A stretch of DNA of 64,000 nucleotides, from positions 18,664,001 to 18,728,000 of the forward strand of contig NC_045697.1 of the NCBI RefSeq assembly GCF_009834535.1, given 5' to 3'. This stretch comes from Camelus ferus (Eukaryota). Within the stretch, counting starts at the first letter, position 1; each line of letters opens with the position of its first letter. The notes beneath the pieces were generated by a model that saw only the letters and a program-made list of their open reading frames with translations, made no database searches and was not told where the DNA came from. A program made the translations under genes and the position numbers. This document shows, in pieces, positions 24,421 through 38,134 of the stretch.

Positions 24421-26225
24421 CCCTGCTCACCAGGCTTTGCCCTTCCTAGCTATGAGCCTTTCTAGACATTTCCTTTAACTGAGTAGCTTTGGGCTTTGGG
24501 ATGAAGTGCTGTAAATAACTGAAAACATTTAAGTAGGGAAATGACAAGTTCATTTTTTCTTCTCTTCCATTAGGCTTACATTTCCTCCATCAGAATGACT
24601 TTGTTGGGTGAGATGACAAGTGTGCTGCTATGCAGGAGGAAAGGGTGTGAGTGTGGATGTGTGTGGGTGCACACATGTATGGGGGAAGAAAAGTGCTTCT
24701 TCCCCCATTCACAGTGTAAATTGCTTTAACTGTCTCGTCTTTCTAGACAGCAGAGAGTTGGCTCCGACGTGATGGAGCACAGGACAGAACACTGATGAGA
24801 TAGGGGTGAGAGAAAATGCTGACGGCAGCAGAGGAGGTAACAGGTGAGGGATTCCAAAGGCCCACTTTACCCTCCTATACCCACTTCTCAGAACTGGTTC
24901 TATGAAAAAAGCAAGTCAGCTGGAGGTCCCTTCCACCCTTGTTGGCCAGGCTGCATCAAGGAATCAATCACAGAGCTGATTTGGGGCTCAAAGGAAGGGC
25001 AATGGTTATAGGTGTTCACCACCTTGGTCCCTGCTCGTCCGATAATTATACAATTTAAGGATGTCTGAAGGGAAAGGAGCCCCTTAAGGAATTCCTAAGC
25101 CTTTCTGCTGGCCTCACATTCAGACCGTGGTGCTGGAGAGTTACCCCAGGGGCGCAATTAGAGGAATAGTGTAACCATATAACCACAGTAAATCACTTCA
25201 CCCTTGTGATGCTTATTTGATATCAGTAATTGAGAAAACAGATTCTTCTCCATTTAGAACTGCTATGACAACACCTGAATGAATGAGCCCAGAGGAGTCC
25301 AGAAGGGTGCAGTGGAGTGAAAGTGTTCCCTCTGCCTCCACTGAAGAGCCTGCCTTTGAGTCCATCGTGAGTGGAGTTTAGAGGAAATAATTGGACGCCT
25401 TGAAATGGCAGATTCTGTAATCACCAGTCGTGGCATGGCTTCCTGATGTCGTTGCTTCTGTAGAATAGAAAAGATGCTCATATTGAGCACAGTGATCTCC
25501 CATTATAATTATAGGAACACAAAACTATTAGTCACATCCCTACCTACCCCGCCTCTGACAAGGCTCTTTTTCTTCAGCACTAGGGAGCTGGGAGTAGAAC
25601 TGGGCCTGAAACTCAGCTGTTGAATGTAGCTGCTAAGTCTAAAGTTGTGCATGGTGTCCCTGTGTCAGAGCAATGTTAATCATGCTCAGTGGCAGTCTAG
25701 TGGCTTAGGGAAGAAAAGCACTAGGGCATTTATTTACTCATCTGTTCTCCACTCTATTTCATAAATGTTTTAAGGAAGCTGCCATATACGAACAATTAGA
25801 ATCTTACTCTTTACCTTGATGAATGACAAATGATTTTATTTTAACCAGTGACATTAATGTTTACATTCTATTTTCTCCCAAGTAGAATATTTTCCTTTGC
25901 ACCTAATACAAGCTTCATATTTGCAGTTGGCTACCTACCACACCCTCTCTGAAGATCAAGGTCACAACAAAAGAAAGAGCATTCTGTTAACAAGCAACAT
26001 CCATTTAAAATAGCAATACTGCTTTCAAGGTTCTGTTATTATTCAGACAGGCACTCAAGGCGATCACTTCCTTGGATCACTTTCTTGGCACACATAGAAG
26101 TCCAAATGTAAGATGTACTCTGTGGGCAACTGTCTGCTTATTTTCCTTTCTAGACAAGTGGTTAACCCGTGTTGAATATCCTATGTTTATAGAATTCCAG
26201 AAAGGTTATGTCATAGAAATCACTG

Positions 26226-26275
26226 GTGTATGTGTGTGTATGTGTACGTGTGAGAGAGAGAGAGACAGAGAGAGA
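26226..26275. repeat. (TG)n-(AG)n compound dinucleotide repeat
   Basis: gtgtatgtgtgtgtatgtgtacgtgtgagagagagagagacagagagaga. Confidence 0.85.
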
Positions 26276-26529
26276 TTTATGGAGAGAATGTAAACTGAAA
26301 CATCTTGAGGAGAAATCCATCAGCGTATAGTGACTGAGAATGTCCACAGAGGATGCTGGCCTTCACTTCCATGTGTTGCTTATTGTGTGCACTATTTTCG
26401 GTTTTATAAGCAGGAGAATAAAAGGATACACCCAAGTGGCAACAGGTGAAAAAAACCACCAAACAACTAAAGTCAGTCATATCAGTTTATTATGTCTATC
26501 ATTTGTAAAGTTAAAAAACTTCTTGGAGT

Positions 26530-26675
26530 GGGGAGATTATAGCTCAGTGGTAGAGTGCCTGCTTAGCATGCACAAAGTCCTGGGTTCAATCCTGAGTACC
26601 CCCATTAATAAGTAAATAGATAAATAAACCTAATTACCTTCCCCACAAACCCCCCCCCAAAAACAACAACAAAAA
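26530..26675 (+). mobile_element. tRNA-Ala-derived SINE, long form
   Basis: A box TAGCTCAGTGG, B box GGTTCAATCC, cctaattacc body, TSD-like cttcttg(g/a)agt flanks. Confidence 0.92.
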
Positions 26676-26975
26676 CACCTTCTTGAAGTCATAATCAGAC
26701 GCAAAAAGCCTTAATTTACATTAAAAAACTTCAATTCATTTTGTTATAAAATCTCAGGGTTCTTAAATGAGCCTCAGCTTCTAAAATAAACAGAGCGTAT
26801 GAAGGAAAAAAATAGAATTTATTAGAAGGAAAAAGTCCCAGAGGAGCATTTATATTTTTAACATTGCCTTAAATTGAAAAAAAAAAAATGTTATTACATG
26901 GTTTATCCCCATGAACTTAACTACTTTTTCGGGGGAAGAGTGCTATTTTAAATTCAGGGCTTTGTTTCTGATTTT

Positions 26976-27086
26976 ATTTTATTTAAAAAAAAAAATTTTT
27001 TTTTTAACAGAGGTACTGGGGATTGAACCCAGGACCTCACGCATGCTGAGCATGCGCTCTACCACTGAGCTACACCTACTCCCCCG
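26976..27086 (-). mobile_element. tRNA-Ala-derived SINE, short form
   Basis: Reverse-strand tRNA head; TSD tttgtttctg(a/g)tttta on both sides. Confidence 0.92.
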
Positions 27087-28126
27087 TTTTGTTTCTGGTT
27101 TTAAAATCACAATTAGCATAATCACTAAAGAAAATGTTTCTCCTGATATCCAAAAAACAGCTTAATGTTTTAATTTATCCAAACTACCAACTGAATGCTA
27201 CAGGCCATTTTGAAAACCTTCCCTAATCCTTGGAAATATCATGATTTCTGTTATATACTTTCAATCACTAATCCCCGGAAAAAACATACCTTCTCTCATT
27301 TTCTATTCCATGTTTGCTATTGTTGTAATCTAAGTAGGGTCTCTTTGTAAAAATGAAAAACCCACAATTGAGTCTTACATCCTGTGGTCTTGGAATTTTA
27401 AAATTTCATTCAAAACACACATTATAAACAAAGTCTCCCAAATGACCATCTAGAGAGGAATGTGGCAAAAATCCAGGAACTATTGTAATATTTGGAACTA
27501 GCATAAGCACAAATAATCAGTATGTTTTTTTCAAGGGGGGATTAAGGGTTGCAGTTTTACAAACCCTACAGAGGATTTACACGAGATGGGCAAAGCTAAA
27601 TTCCAGACTCGTTGTGTGTTTCCAAAAGTAACCAAACCCTTTACGGTGAATGAAGAGGAAGAAGTATTAAAAGGACCTTCTTGATAACTAATATTTGTTC
27701 AATATAACCATAATTTGAGGAAACATTCTGGCTTATACGTTCCTATAAAACTCAAGTTCAAAGCTCTACGCTTGACAGGCAGTTCTTTAACACGTTAGTT
27801 AGGTGATTATTAACAGTGGAGACGGATTCAGGGTGGGAGGGCATGGTAGAAAGAATGACAATGGACAACACCAAAAATGATGTCACCAAGTCAGGAAAAT
27901 CCAAATTTTAGAGGCAGGAAGACCAGTGGAGTTATTGAAACACAAAGTAAGATTCTGAAAAAGCATTTTTAAGAAGTAAATCTGTCAAATGGATTGAAGT
28001 AGAATTAAGACTAACCATTTTAGAGGCATTTAAAATTGAAACTTGTAAGAGAAAAGTTAGGGCAGTGAAAACTATTATTATCTGAAAATATGCAACCTGT
28101 CCTGTAGAAACATCACGTTTCCCTCT

Positions 28127-28211
28127 AGAAAAAGAAAGAAAAGAAAGAAAGAGAGAAAGAGAAAGAGAGAAAGAAAGAGGGAGGGAGGGAGAGAGGAAGG
28201 AAGAGAGAGAG

Positions 28212-28294
<83 letters not shown>

Positions 28295-28400
28295 ACGAAC
28301 GGAAGGAAGGAAGGAAGGAAGGAAGGAAGGAAGGAAGGAAGGAAGAAAGAAAGGAAGAAAGAAAGGAAGAAAGGAAGAAAGGAAGAAAGGAAGAAAAAAA
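28127..28400. repeat. Compound purine microsatellite (GAAA)n/(GA)n/(GGAA)n/(GAAAGGAA)n
   Basis: About 270 nt of almost pure A/G on + strand with clear tetranucleotide blocks. Confidence 0.97.
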
Positions 28401-30682
28401 CTCCAAAAAAGGAATGAGGTAATGAACTCGAGATAAACTATTTAGGGACAGGGCAGGGGAGAGAGAATCAACTAAGATGCAGGAAACCAGTCACATTTCA
28501 AAATGATTCTTCTTGGCAAAGTTGAATGTACTATCTTTAAGTGTTTCTCATTTTACACCTCAGCTGTTGGGGGTCTACTAATTTATCAACTCTTCTAAAC
28601 CTGTTGAGAAGAACATCCTTATCTAGAGGATTCACCCTAAATTTCATGCTATTTTCAATAGCATTATTAACACCTAATGTAGATCTGCAGACACCGACAG
28701 TATCTAATTATTATTTTTTTTTTTGCCCATAGATAGTTGAATGTGAGTAGATTTTACCACCTCCATAGTGTTTCAGTTTCAGTTTTAACACACTGTTCTG
28801 AGAAACTTTTATGAACTAACATAGCATTTTAGGCTGTTTTGCTTTTAATCATCATGAAAAGGCATCAATTCACTGGGCAGAACAAAGGAAAAAGATTTTC
28901 TTTGTTTAAATGATACGAATTTTATAACACACAAACAGGAATTACATTATCCTGACAACAAACTGCTTCTCAGAAATGATAGTTATGACTGCTTTTAAAA
29001 TAACATAGTAATCACTCCCCTTCTAAATAGATAATTATTTCTGAATATTAGCTCTGATAATACATGACCTAACAGGCAAAATGAAATGGGAAGTTACGTA
29101 TTGTAAATTTTTTTAAATGATGCTCTAACACTTATGACAAACCTCAACATACTGCCACTCCTTTCACAGTAATATTTTTTTTCTTTTTAGTGAAAACCCC
29201 TTAATGAAGAAGCAATGTTTCTGGAGGAGTAGAAATAGCATGAAATTATAGGTTATCCGGTATACGTAAAAGAGTTCTTGACTTGAAGGCAGAAAGATGG
29301 CATCAAATCTGGTTTGTCCACTTCTGACCCAGATGTCCTTTGGCAAATCACCTGAAATTTGGGAGTTTCACTTCCTTCACCTATAAATAGGGATAAAAAC
29401 CATCTAACAGCGCTTGGTCAGGGGTAAGAGTTGGCGGGTGGATTATAATGTGAATAGCTGGTAAGAGGCTTTGCCCATTTGTAATTGGCACTGAGAATTT
29501 GAATGCTCATCACTTTCCTTTTCCTATGTAAACTTCACCAAAGAAAGGTAGAAATATCCAAGTCTATACTTTTGAAAGGCCTTGGTATCTACATCCTGCT
29601 AGAGTCTAAGAGTAAGCTTAAAATTGTAAAGGTTGTTGCTCTCTACTTGCATTGTTTGAAAATCTTTTAAAAAGAAATTACACAATTGAAGCACTTGGAG
29701 CAGTTTAAGCACAATGAAAGGAATTTACCATGAAGAGGGCAGTTGATCTGAATAAAGTCAGCTTCCTTTTCCTCCTAGCATTTTTACTCCTGCTCAGTTT
29801 TTTGCATAGCTTTCATCATTATTTAAAACGGCCTTACTTATTTGTTTACCCTTTTATTATCTGTCTCCTCTTTGAACACAAGTCCCCTGAGGGCAGTGAT
29901 CTTGTCTTAGCTTGCTCAAACCTGTCTCCCCAGCGCTTACCAGAGTACATGGCTCATGGTGCTTAGTAAATATTTCTTTTTGAATCAATGAATGACAGAG
30001 AAATAGATTCAATAAGATGAAAGTTGGATAAGACAAAATGAGCCATCAGGGCCCTGAATGGTGTATTTGGTGGAGCTGAGGCTGTAAGGAGGTAACTGAG
30101 ATACCTGATGGCAAATTTAGAAGGTTATACTCAGACAGACTCAGTCCATCTGGCCCTGTGTTTCCAGACAGGGACCTTCGGGTTGAACTTATGAAAGTTA
30201 CAGATGAATATCCCAAAACATCCAAACAAGGAGGGGACTCTGCTGATGAGATGCCTATCTTGTTATGACAGGCTTTTTGCTTATGTATTGTATGTATCTT
30301 ATTCACTACAAACATATGAGGTGAGTACTAATATTAACACCCTTTTGCCAAGTGATCCCAGAAGTTAAGGAACATACCCAAGGTTAGCCAGTTGGTATGA
30401 AATAAATTCCCTCCCCTGTGCATCACACGACTTCCATTAATTTCCTTTAGTAACTGTTATGGGTCTAAATTAAAAACAGACATCATTATATTGTTTAGAT
30501 CCCTTTTTTTCAGATTCTACTTTTTGCTGAGGCTTGATAAACTTGATTGCTGTAAAAAAGAAAGTTGATTATGGACTATCCTGGTAGGATACTCAAGACA
30601 CTGGTGATAGGATTTTCTTTGGAGAGAGCAACTGGGTTCCTGGGAGACCACAGCCAGAGGGAGTTTTACTTTTCTCTGCATT

Positions 30683-30874
30683 TAGTGTTGACAACTAAAA
30701 CACAGGATGTCCACTGAAATTTGAATTTCAGCTAAATAACAAATAATTTTTAGTGTAAGTATGTCCCAAATATTGCATGGGACAAATTTATACTAAAAAT
30801 TTTTTTGTTGTTTAACTGAAATTCAACTGTAACTGGTTGTCCTGTATTTTTCTTTGCTATTCCTGGCAACCCTA
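30683..30874. mobile_element. MER53 (hAT-related palindromic MITE)
   Basis: Long imperfect inverted repeat centred on tgtcccaaatattgcatgggaca, ending ctggcaacccta; matches recalled MER53 consensus. Confidence 0.88.
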
Positions 30875-32063
30875 ATGTGCATTCTCTGCTGTGAACTTAC
30901 AATTTTGTTCCATGTGTATACAATACCCATTCTAGAGATAATAAAATTTAGGAAAATAAAGCAGTTTTTGCTATTTGCCACATATTTAAAGGCAATTTTA
31001 GCTAAGGACAAGAAGTAGACATGGTATAGATTAAAGTTAAAAATGAGGCCTAAGGATAATTTTTTTTTAAGTATAAAAGGGCTAAATTTGCAAAGATGAT
31101 TTTGTTGGCATCCATTTTGCCAGAAGATAACAGCTAAGGGGGAAAAATGTCTGAAAACACACTTCCTGATGGAATTGTAGACACTAGAGACCTAAAGAAA
31201 ATACCTCTTCAATCATGGATCCTGGGACAAGAGTAAGTCAGGAGAGGAAGAAATAGTTTTCTGAATTTCAGGTATCTTCAGCTCCACTACTTAAGTAGAT
31301 TGAGCTTTAGAGCTGGAAGGAAACTTTCGGATTTTCTTTTCCATTTCTCTATCATTTCCTCTACATTTGAAAATATGGAAGTTCCATTTCCAATTCCATT
31401 TCTCCCCTCCACACCCCTACCCACCAAATTCCCTGTAACCAGCTCTCAGGAGTAGCCTAGAGGTGGTGTCTCAATTCTTAGGTCCTCAAGGTAACATGAG
31501 CATATCTATTATGTAATTATCCTACAAGTCCCAAGCCTTTGGGTTAGTCAAAAGGTAAAGGAAAAAGTGACCCAGTAGGCCCAGCAAGGGCAGATGACAG
31601 GAAAGATCAGAAAAGCCCACAGCATTCACATTCTGGCTGTATCTGCAACTTAGTTAGAAAGTTAAATTTCTCCAGGCCATAGCCTCCTTGGCTATTAACA
31701 GGGGGAGGAGGAATCTTATTCAGGGGTGTGAGAGGATCAAATGAGATCATGTACATGAAATCCCTTGGATTAAGATGGTACTCAATAATTTCAGCTATTA
31801 ATTTTATCTTAAAATAAAATCTGTTCACTTCTGAAATGTTAAGGAATCTCATCCTTGTCAGACACATAATCTCAAACTTACTATGACGCTAAAGGGTAAA
31901 TCAACTGACATAGTGACGGCTACTTTCTAATTTTCCATGCAGCTTATTATTTATTTGTCCACATTCTAACATTTATATCAGCATATGACTAAGTTAAGGT
32001 TATGATCATATGGACTTTTAAAATATCTAATTGAATAAATTTAAATTTTAATTTTTTCCTGCC

Positions 32064-34300
32064 TTTTTTTGGTTAACAGCCTTATTGGGATACACTTCAC
32101 ATACCACATAATTCACTCTTTAAAGTGTACCTTCAGTGGTTTTTCAGTATATTCACAAAGTTGTGCAACCATGACCACAATCAAGTTCAGAACATTTTCA
32201 TCACTCCAAAAGAAGTCCTATACCCTTTAGCAGTCACTCACAACACAACCGTCCCAATACTAGGAAGTCCTAACCCTAGGCAACCATTAATTTACTGTCT
32301 ATCTTTATAATTTTGTCTAAACATTTGAAATACACAGAATTGTCTAGTACGGGGCCTTCTATGACTTGTTTCTTTCATATAGCATGTTTTCAAGGTTAAT
32401 TCATGTTATAGCATGTATCAGTAGTACTTCATTTCTTGTTATGGCCTAATAACATTCCATTTTATAGATATATCACGTTTTATTTATCCATTCATCAGTT
32501 GATGAATATTTGGTGTGTTTCCACTTTTTAGCTGTTATGAATAATGCTACCATGAACATTCATGTACAAGTTTTTGTTTGGACATAGCTTTTCAGTTCTC
32601 TTTGGTATATACCTACTGCTGGATCATACAGTAACTATCTTTAGCCTTTTGAGGAACTGTCAGACTGTTTTCCAAAATGCCTTTATCATTTTACATTCCC
32701 ACTAGCAACATATGAAGGCTTCAATTTTCTACATCCTCGGCTTCAATTTTCTACATCCTCGACAACACTTGTCATTATCTGTCTTTTTGATTATTGCCAT
32801 CCTAGTGAGTATGAATTGGTGTCTCATTGTGGCTTTGATTTGTATTTTCCTGATGGCTAATGATGAATACTTCTCTATGCGGTTATTGGCCATCTGCATA
32901 TCTTGTCTGGAGAAATATCTATTTAGCTCCTTTGCTATTTTAAAATTGAGTTGTCTTTTTATTATTCAGTTTTAAGAATTCTTCATATATTCTAGATACT
33001 AGATCCTTATCAGATATATGATTTGCAAATATTGTATTCCATTCTGTGGAGGGTCTTTTTCACTTCCTTGAGAATGTGCTTTGAGGCACAAAAGTTTAGT
33101 TTTGATGAAGTCCAATTTATTTATTTTTTTTCTTTTGTTGCTGTGTTTTTGATGTCATATCTAAGAAACCATTGCTACTCCAAGTTCATGAAGATTTATC
33201 CCTATGCTTTCTTATAAGAGTTTTATGATTTTAGGTTTTACATTTAGGTCTATGACCTATTTTAAGGTAATTTTAATGTATGTTGTAAAGTTTGGGGCCC
33301 AACTTCATTATTTCACATGTGCATATCCAGTTGTTCCAGCACCATCTGTTGAAGACTATTTTTTCCCCATTGAATTGTTTTTGCACTCTTGATGAAAATC
33401 AACTGACCATAAATATAAGGATTTCTGTTTGGACTCTCAATTCTATTCCATTGAACTGTTATGTCTACCTCGTGCATGTACCACACAGTCTTGATTACTG
33501 CAGCCTTATAGTGAGTTTTGTAAAGGGCAAGTATAAATCCTCCAGCTGTTCTTTTTTAAGATTGTTTTGGCTATTGTTCCTTAAATTTTCATATAAATTT
33601 TAGGAACAGCTTGTCCATTTCTGCAAAGTTGGGATTTTGATAGCAATTGTGTTGATTCTGTAGATCAGTTTTTGAGGAGTGCTGCCATCTTAATAGTATC
33701 TTTCATTCCATGAACATGAATGTCTTTCCATTTATTTCAATCTTCAAAAAATTTTTTCCAACAATGTTTTGTAGTTTTTGAAGTATAAGAACTATATTCC
33801 TTTTGTTAAAATTATTCCTAAGTATTATATTCTTTTTGATGCTTATGGGATTGCAAATGTATAGAAACATAACTGATTTTTGAATATTGATCTTGTATCC
33901 TGCAAACTTGCTGAACTTGTTTATTAGTGCTTATGTATTTTTGGTGGAGTCCTTATATTTTGTATATATAAAGTCCTATCAGCTGCAAATAGAGACAGTT
34001 TTGGTTTTTCTTTTCCAATCTAGATGCCTTTTATTTAATTTTCTTGCCAAATGGCTTGGGTAGAACTTCCAGTACAACGCTGAATAGAAGTGGTCAGAAT
34101 GGAAATCTTGTCTTCTTGCTGATGCTAGTGGGAAAGCATCAGTCTTTTACCTTTAAAAATATTGGTTCTGGATTTTTTGTAGCTACCTTTATCAGATTAG
34201 TGAAGTTCCCTTCTATTCCTAGTTAGTTTGGTGTTTGAAAGTATTTTGTTGAGAATTTTTGTGTTTATATTTATTCATCTGTAGTTTTCTTTTCTTATAA
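32064..34300 (-). mobile_element. Old L1M (L1MB/MC-like) 3' portion with degraded ORF2
   Basis: Antisense L1 3' UTR followed by ORF2-derived text (ccagttgttccagcaccatctgttgaagac, tgaatagaagtggt); fragmented reading frames. Confidence 0.9.
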
Positions 34301-35362
34301 TATCTGTGGTGAATTTTTTTTTTAAATAATAAAAATAGCTAAAAATCCACAAGGGTATTAGGTCTTCTCCCTGCCTTGGCTACCCATCCTTAGCCACTCC
34401 CTGGTACTAGTTCATATGATTGATTTATAAATACACATATATACATATATATTATATTACCAGCTATTTGAATAGAAACCTTTTTACATTCCTTAACATT
34501 TGTAGTTATATAAATAATTTTAGAAATATAATCTGATACTCTGAGTATATGATACAAGATGTTCTCTATCAGGTTGTAATAATAAAATAATTTAAGTTTC
34601 TATAGCAAAAATAAAAAACTGAAACAAAGCTCACAATCATAAATTCCACTTCTAGAAGTGTAACTTGTGCAGGTCACGCCCTCTGAGTCTCAGCTACAAC
34701 AAGAATAAAATTAACTACTTGCACCTTTGTCCTGAGGACTGACTGGGAAAATGTTTGTGAGAAGGCTTGGGATAACATAGACTCAATCATATTTATTGTC
34801 ACGTCACAAATTGCATATCACAGTATCCCTTTAAATAGAAAGCTGTCCTGCTGCGTGTTGGATTGGTGTACAACTTTTTAAAAAAGCCTCTATTTCATAA
34901 AACTGAATACTTCTGTATGTAATCAGTTTTTCAGAAGTTGTCTTTCAGTTCTTAAGTCCTTTTTTTTTTTGGCCTAGATTTTGTGATTTGTTGCCTATTT
35001 TGGAAACTTGGAAAGTACCATGCAAATACAGATATAGCTTTGCTAGTTAAAAATAAAATACTTAGTGTTTGCTGGTGAAGGAAAATATGATGCTATGTAG
35101 GTAGAAGTGCGTGATGAAAATCAGATTCACATTTCATAAGACCATTTCTGGAGAACTTCAGACTTTAAAAGTTGGAGCCAAATGCTTCTCCCAGACGATA
35201 GTTTATGACTCTCACTGAAGTCAGAAGTAATTCTGAGGGTAGAACTTAAGCAAGTGTTTTGAAAGCCGGGAGGAAAAAAAAAAAAAGACCGATGCATAAA
35301 TTTCCAAATCTTCCTAAAGTACTTAGATGGGAGATGATTTGCAGTTAAGACCTTGAGAAATG

Positions 35363-35489
35363 GGGGGAGGGTATAGTTCAAGTGGCAGAGTGCCTGTTTA
35401 GCATGCAAAGGTCCTGGGTTCAATCCCTAGGCTTCTCCTAAAAATAAATAAATAAGCCTAATTACTCACCCCTCCCCCGAAAAAAAAAT
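35363..35489 (+). mobile_element. tRNA-Ala-derived SINE, long form
   Basis: tRNA head, cctaattac body, A tail; TSD cttgagaaatg (35352-35362, 35490-35500). Confidence 0.92.
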
Positions 35490-35844
35490 CTTGAGAAATG
35501 TTTTTTTTCCACTAGTGGGGTATTAATAATACTTTAATGTAATTTATTTCACTTTCCACAGAATGCTAATAATGCTAGAATTTTGTTAAATAACCATTTA
35601 AGAGGCAAATAGTACATGTAGGACAATACCAGTTATAATATCTAACACAAAGTCCTTAAAGATTCCTTTAAATAGAGAGTTTCTCTAACGCATTTTACAA
35701 ATTAAATATATTGCTATGAGACTGAGATGAAACTTTTCTATTTTTCCTATTGCATAAAATGAAATCTGTGCTCAATATTTATTGATAGCTTAATCAGAAA
35801 TTATCTTAAATGCTTTTTTCTTGCAGCAATGGCAAAGATTTATT

Positions 35845-36445
35845 TATTTATTTGTTTGTTTATTCATTCATTCATTCATTTATTAAAGTATAGCTGATCT
35901 ACAGTGTTGTGTTGGTTTCTGGTGTATAGCATAGTGATTCAGTTATGTATATAGATACATTTTCTTTTTCATACTCTTTTTCATTATAGGTTATTACAAA
36001 TTATTGAATATAGTTCCCTGAGCTATACAGCAGGACCTTGTTGTTTATCTTTTCTATATATCATATGATAATCCCAAACTTCCAATTTATCCCTCCCTGT
36101 CCTTTCCCCTTTGGTAACCATAAGTTTGTTTTCTATGTCTATGAGTCTCTTTCTGTTTTGAAAATAAGTTCATTTGCGTCATTTTTTTATTTTAATTTTT
36201 TTATTATTCTTTTTTTTTTGAGGGGGGAGGTAATTACGTTTATTTATTTACTTATTCTTAGAGGAGGTACTGCGGATTGAACCCAGGACCTCATGCATAC
36301 TAAGCATTTGTTTTAGCACTTGAGCTATAACCTCCCCTCTGTGTCATTTTTTTAGATTCCACATGTAAGTGATATCATATGATATTTGTCTTTCTCTGTC
36401 TGACTTAGTACAGTGATCTCTAGGTCTATCCGTGTTGCTGCAAAA
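35845..36445 (-). mobile_element. 5'-truncated L1 3' end (younger type), split by a SINE
   Basis: aagtatagctgatctacagtgttgtg..atagtgattcag..ttagattccacatgtaagtgatatcat L1 3' UTR motifs. Confidence 0.85.
36190..36339 (-). mobile_element. tRNA-Ala-derived SINE, long form, nested in an L1 3' fragment
   Basis: Reverse-strand head and body; TSD tg(c/t)gtcattttttta; L1 sequence resumes on both sides. Confidence 0.92.
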
Positions 36446-37139
36446 AGATCTACTTCTTTAATTCCCACATGTTGACATAATGACAATTAAAATTTTAAAA
36501 ATTGAGTGAAATGAAAAATATTGACATATTGACATAACGGAGATTTAAAAAGTGACAATGTATAACTTTGATCATGATGTTCAAGGGGATTCTCCATTAG
36601 TTGGCTGTCTTTGACAGTTAGGTCATTTCATAAGATAGGAATTGTTTGTTATCTTTCACTATTTGTCAGTGCTTGACTAGACTGGTTCCAAAGTTGATCT
36701 TCTTAGTCCTTAGTCTATTTTGGACAAGGGTGCTAGCCACAAAGGTCATATCTGCAAGTTGATGCTTATCATTACACTATCTCTGACAGAGAGCAACACA
36801 GATGCAAAGAGTGAAACCACTCTGGCAGGCTTTCTTTGAAGAACTGATAAAGGTCATCTCTGTGCCCCAGGTTAACAGTAACATGGGCCAGAGGAGAAAA
36901 TATAGGGATCTTTTCCTCTTCTATTGATTTGCTATATAACCAGACTCAATTTTTTACAAATAAATGCACTAACCAAAAATAAATCCAGTAAACTTAAAGA
37001 TAATTCTTGCCATTTAGTTATCTAAAGAATAATCTGGTTTGATCTGTGCAACAGGATCTCTAAGGCAAGTAGTCTTAGTATATCTAGTAGAAAAGAAAAC
37101 TGAGCATTGGTGTGGGTGGTAGAATTTCCTAAAGAAGGA

Positions 37140-37330
37140 ACAATTACTGAGTACCTACTATGGAGTTATTCCATGTAATATCTCAACTAATTTTCAAAAT
37201 GACTGTAAACAGTAAGTTTTACATTCCCCATTTGCAGATGAGGAAAGATTAGCTGCCCTAAATTAGCCAGCTGGCTGGTGGCGGAGGTCGGGTTCAGTGG
37301 TAGAGTTAGTCCAATGCTTTTTCCTTCCTA
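37140..37330 (-). mobile_element. MIR
   Basis: tactgagtacctactatg..ccccatttgcagatgaggaaa. Confidence 0.65.
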
Positions 37331-38134
37331 CCCTGGCTGTTTATTTAATTATGACTGCTCAATATTGACTCAACACAGAACCAAAAACCACTACAAAATA
37401 TGATACATGACAAAGGGGAATATTTAGGAAATCAAAATTCAAGTATATTCTTTTATAAACAGGTAACTGGAATTTTATGATACATACAGTGTTGTCATTT
37501 TTGTTATAGATAGTGTTAACTGGCTTTATCTTGTTTATGTCATTAAAAGAACAAGATAATAGCAATCACACATGGAAACATTTTCTTCCAATTACATTAG
37601 CTATGAAAACTTTTGACAAATTATTAGACTTATACACATTCTTCTCACCAAATGTACATTTGATTCCACTCACATTCTCCATCACTAGAGGAAATGGCCT
37701 GTTCTTCTGGCTTCACCTTCTTAAACTGCTGCACATGTTAAGCTTTGCTTAACTTGGACCTGCCAAAAAAATTAATAATAATTATAATAAAATTCCCAGG
37801 GCCAAAGAATCCTCTTTAAACTCAAACACAATTGGAAAGCAAAGGGTGAATATTTATTCTTGTTTCTCAAATTCTTCTGAAGCCCACTTGGTGACTCACT
37901 TTCAATATTCTCTTTATTTCTTTTAATCTGAGAGTTAGAGCTTATTTTCCTTATAGAATTGCATAGTCTTTATGGAATCCTTCTTGATACCCTTTCAATC
38001 TCCTGTGCATTTTACTAACTTTGATTAATACATAGTGGAAGATGATAGGGATACTCATTTAAAAAGGAAGTTATAAGGATAACAAAACCTCTGAGTTCAG
38101 AAACTACTGTGGAGGAAAAGCCTCCTAATTTCTC

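Noticed and set aside
26982..27007. A11-T10 fold-back
   Set aside because: Low-complexity SINE tail; trivial self-complementarity.
28125..28406. 93-aa Phe/Leu/Ser ORF
   Set aside because: Translation of a microsatellite.
32125..34226. Cluster of + strand hydrophobic ORFs
   Set aside because: Antisense reading of a degraded L1.
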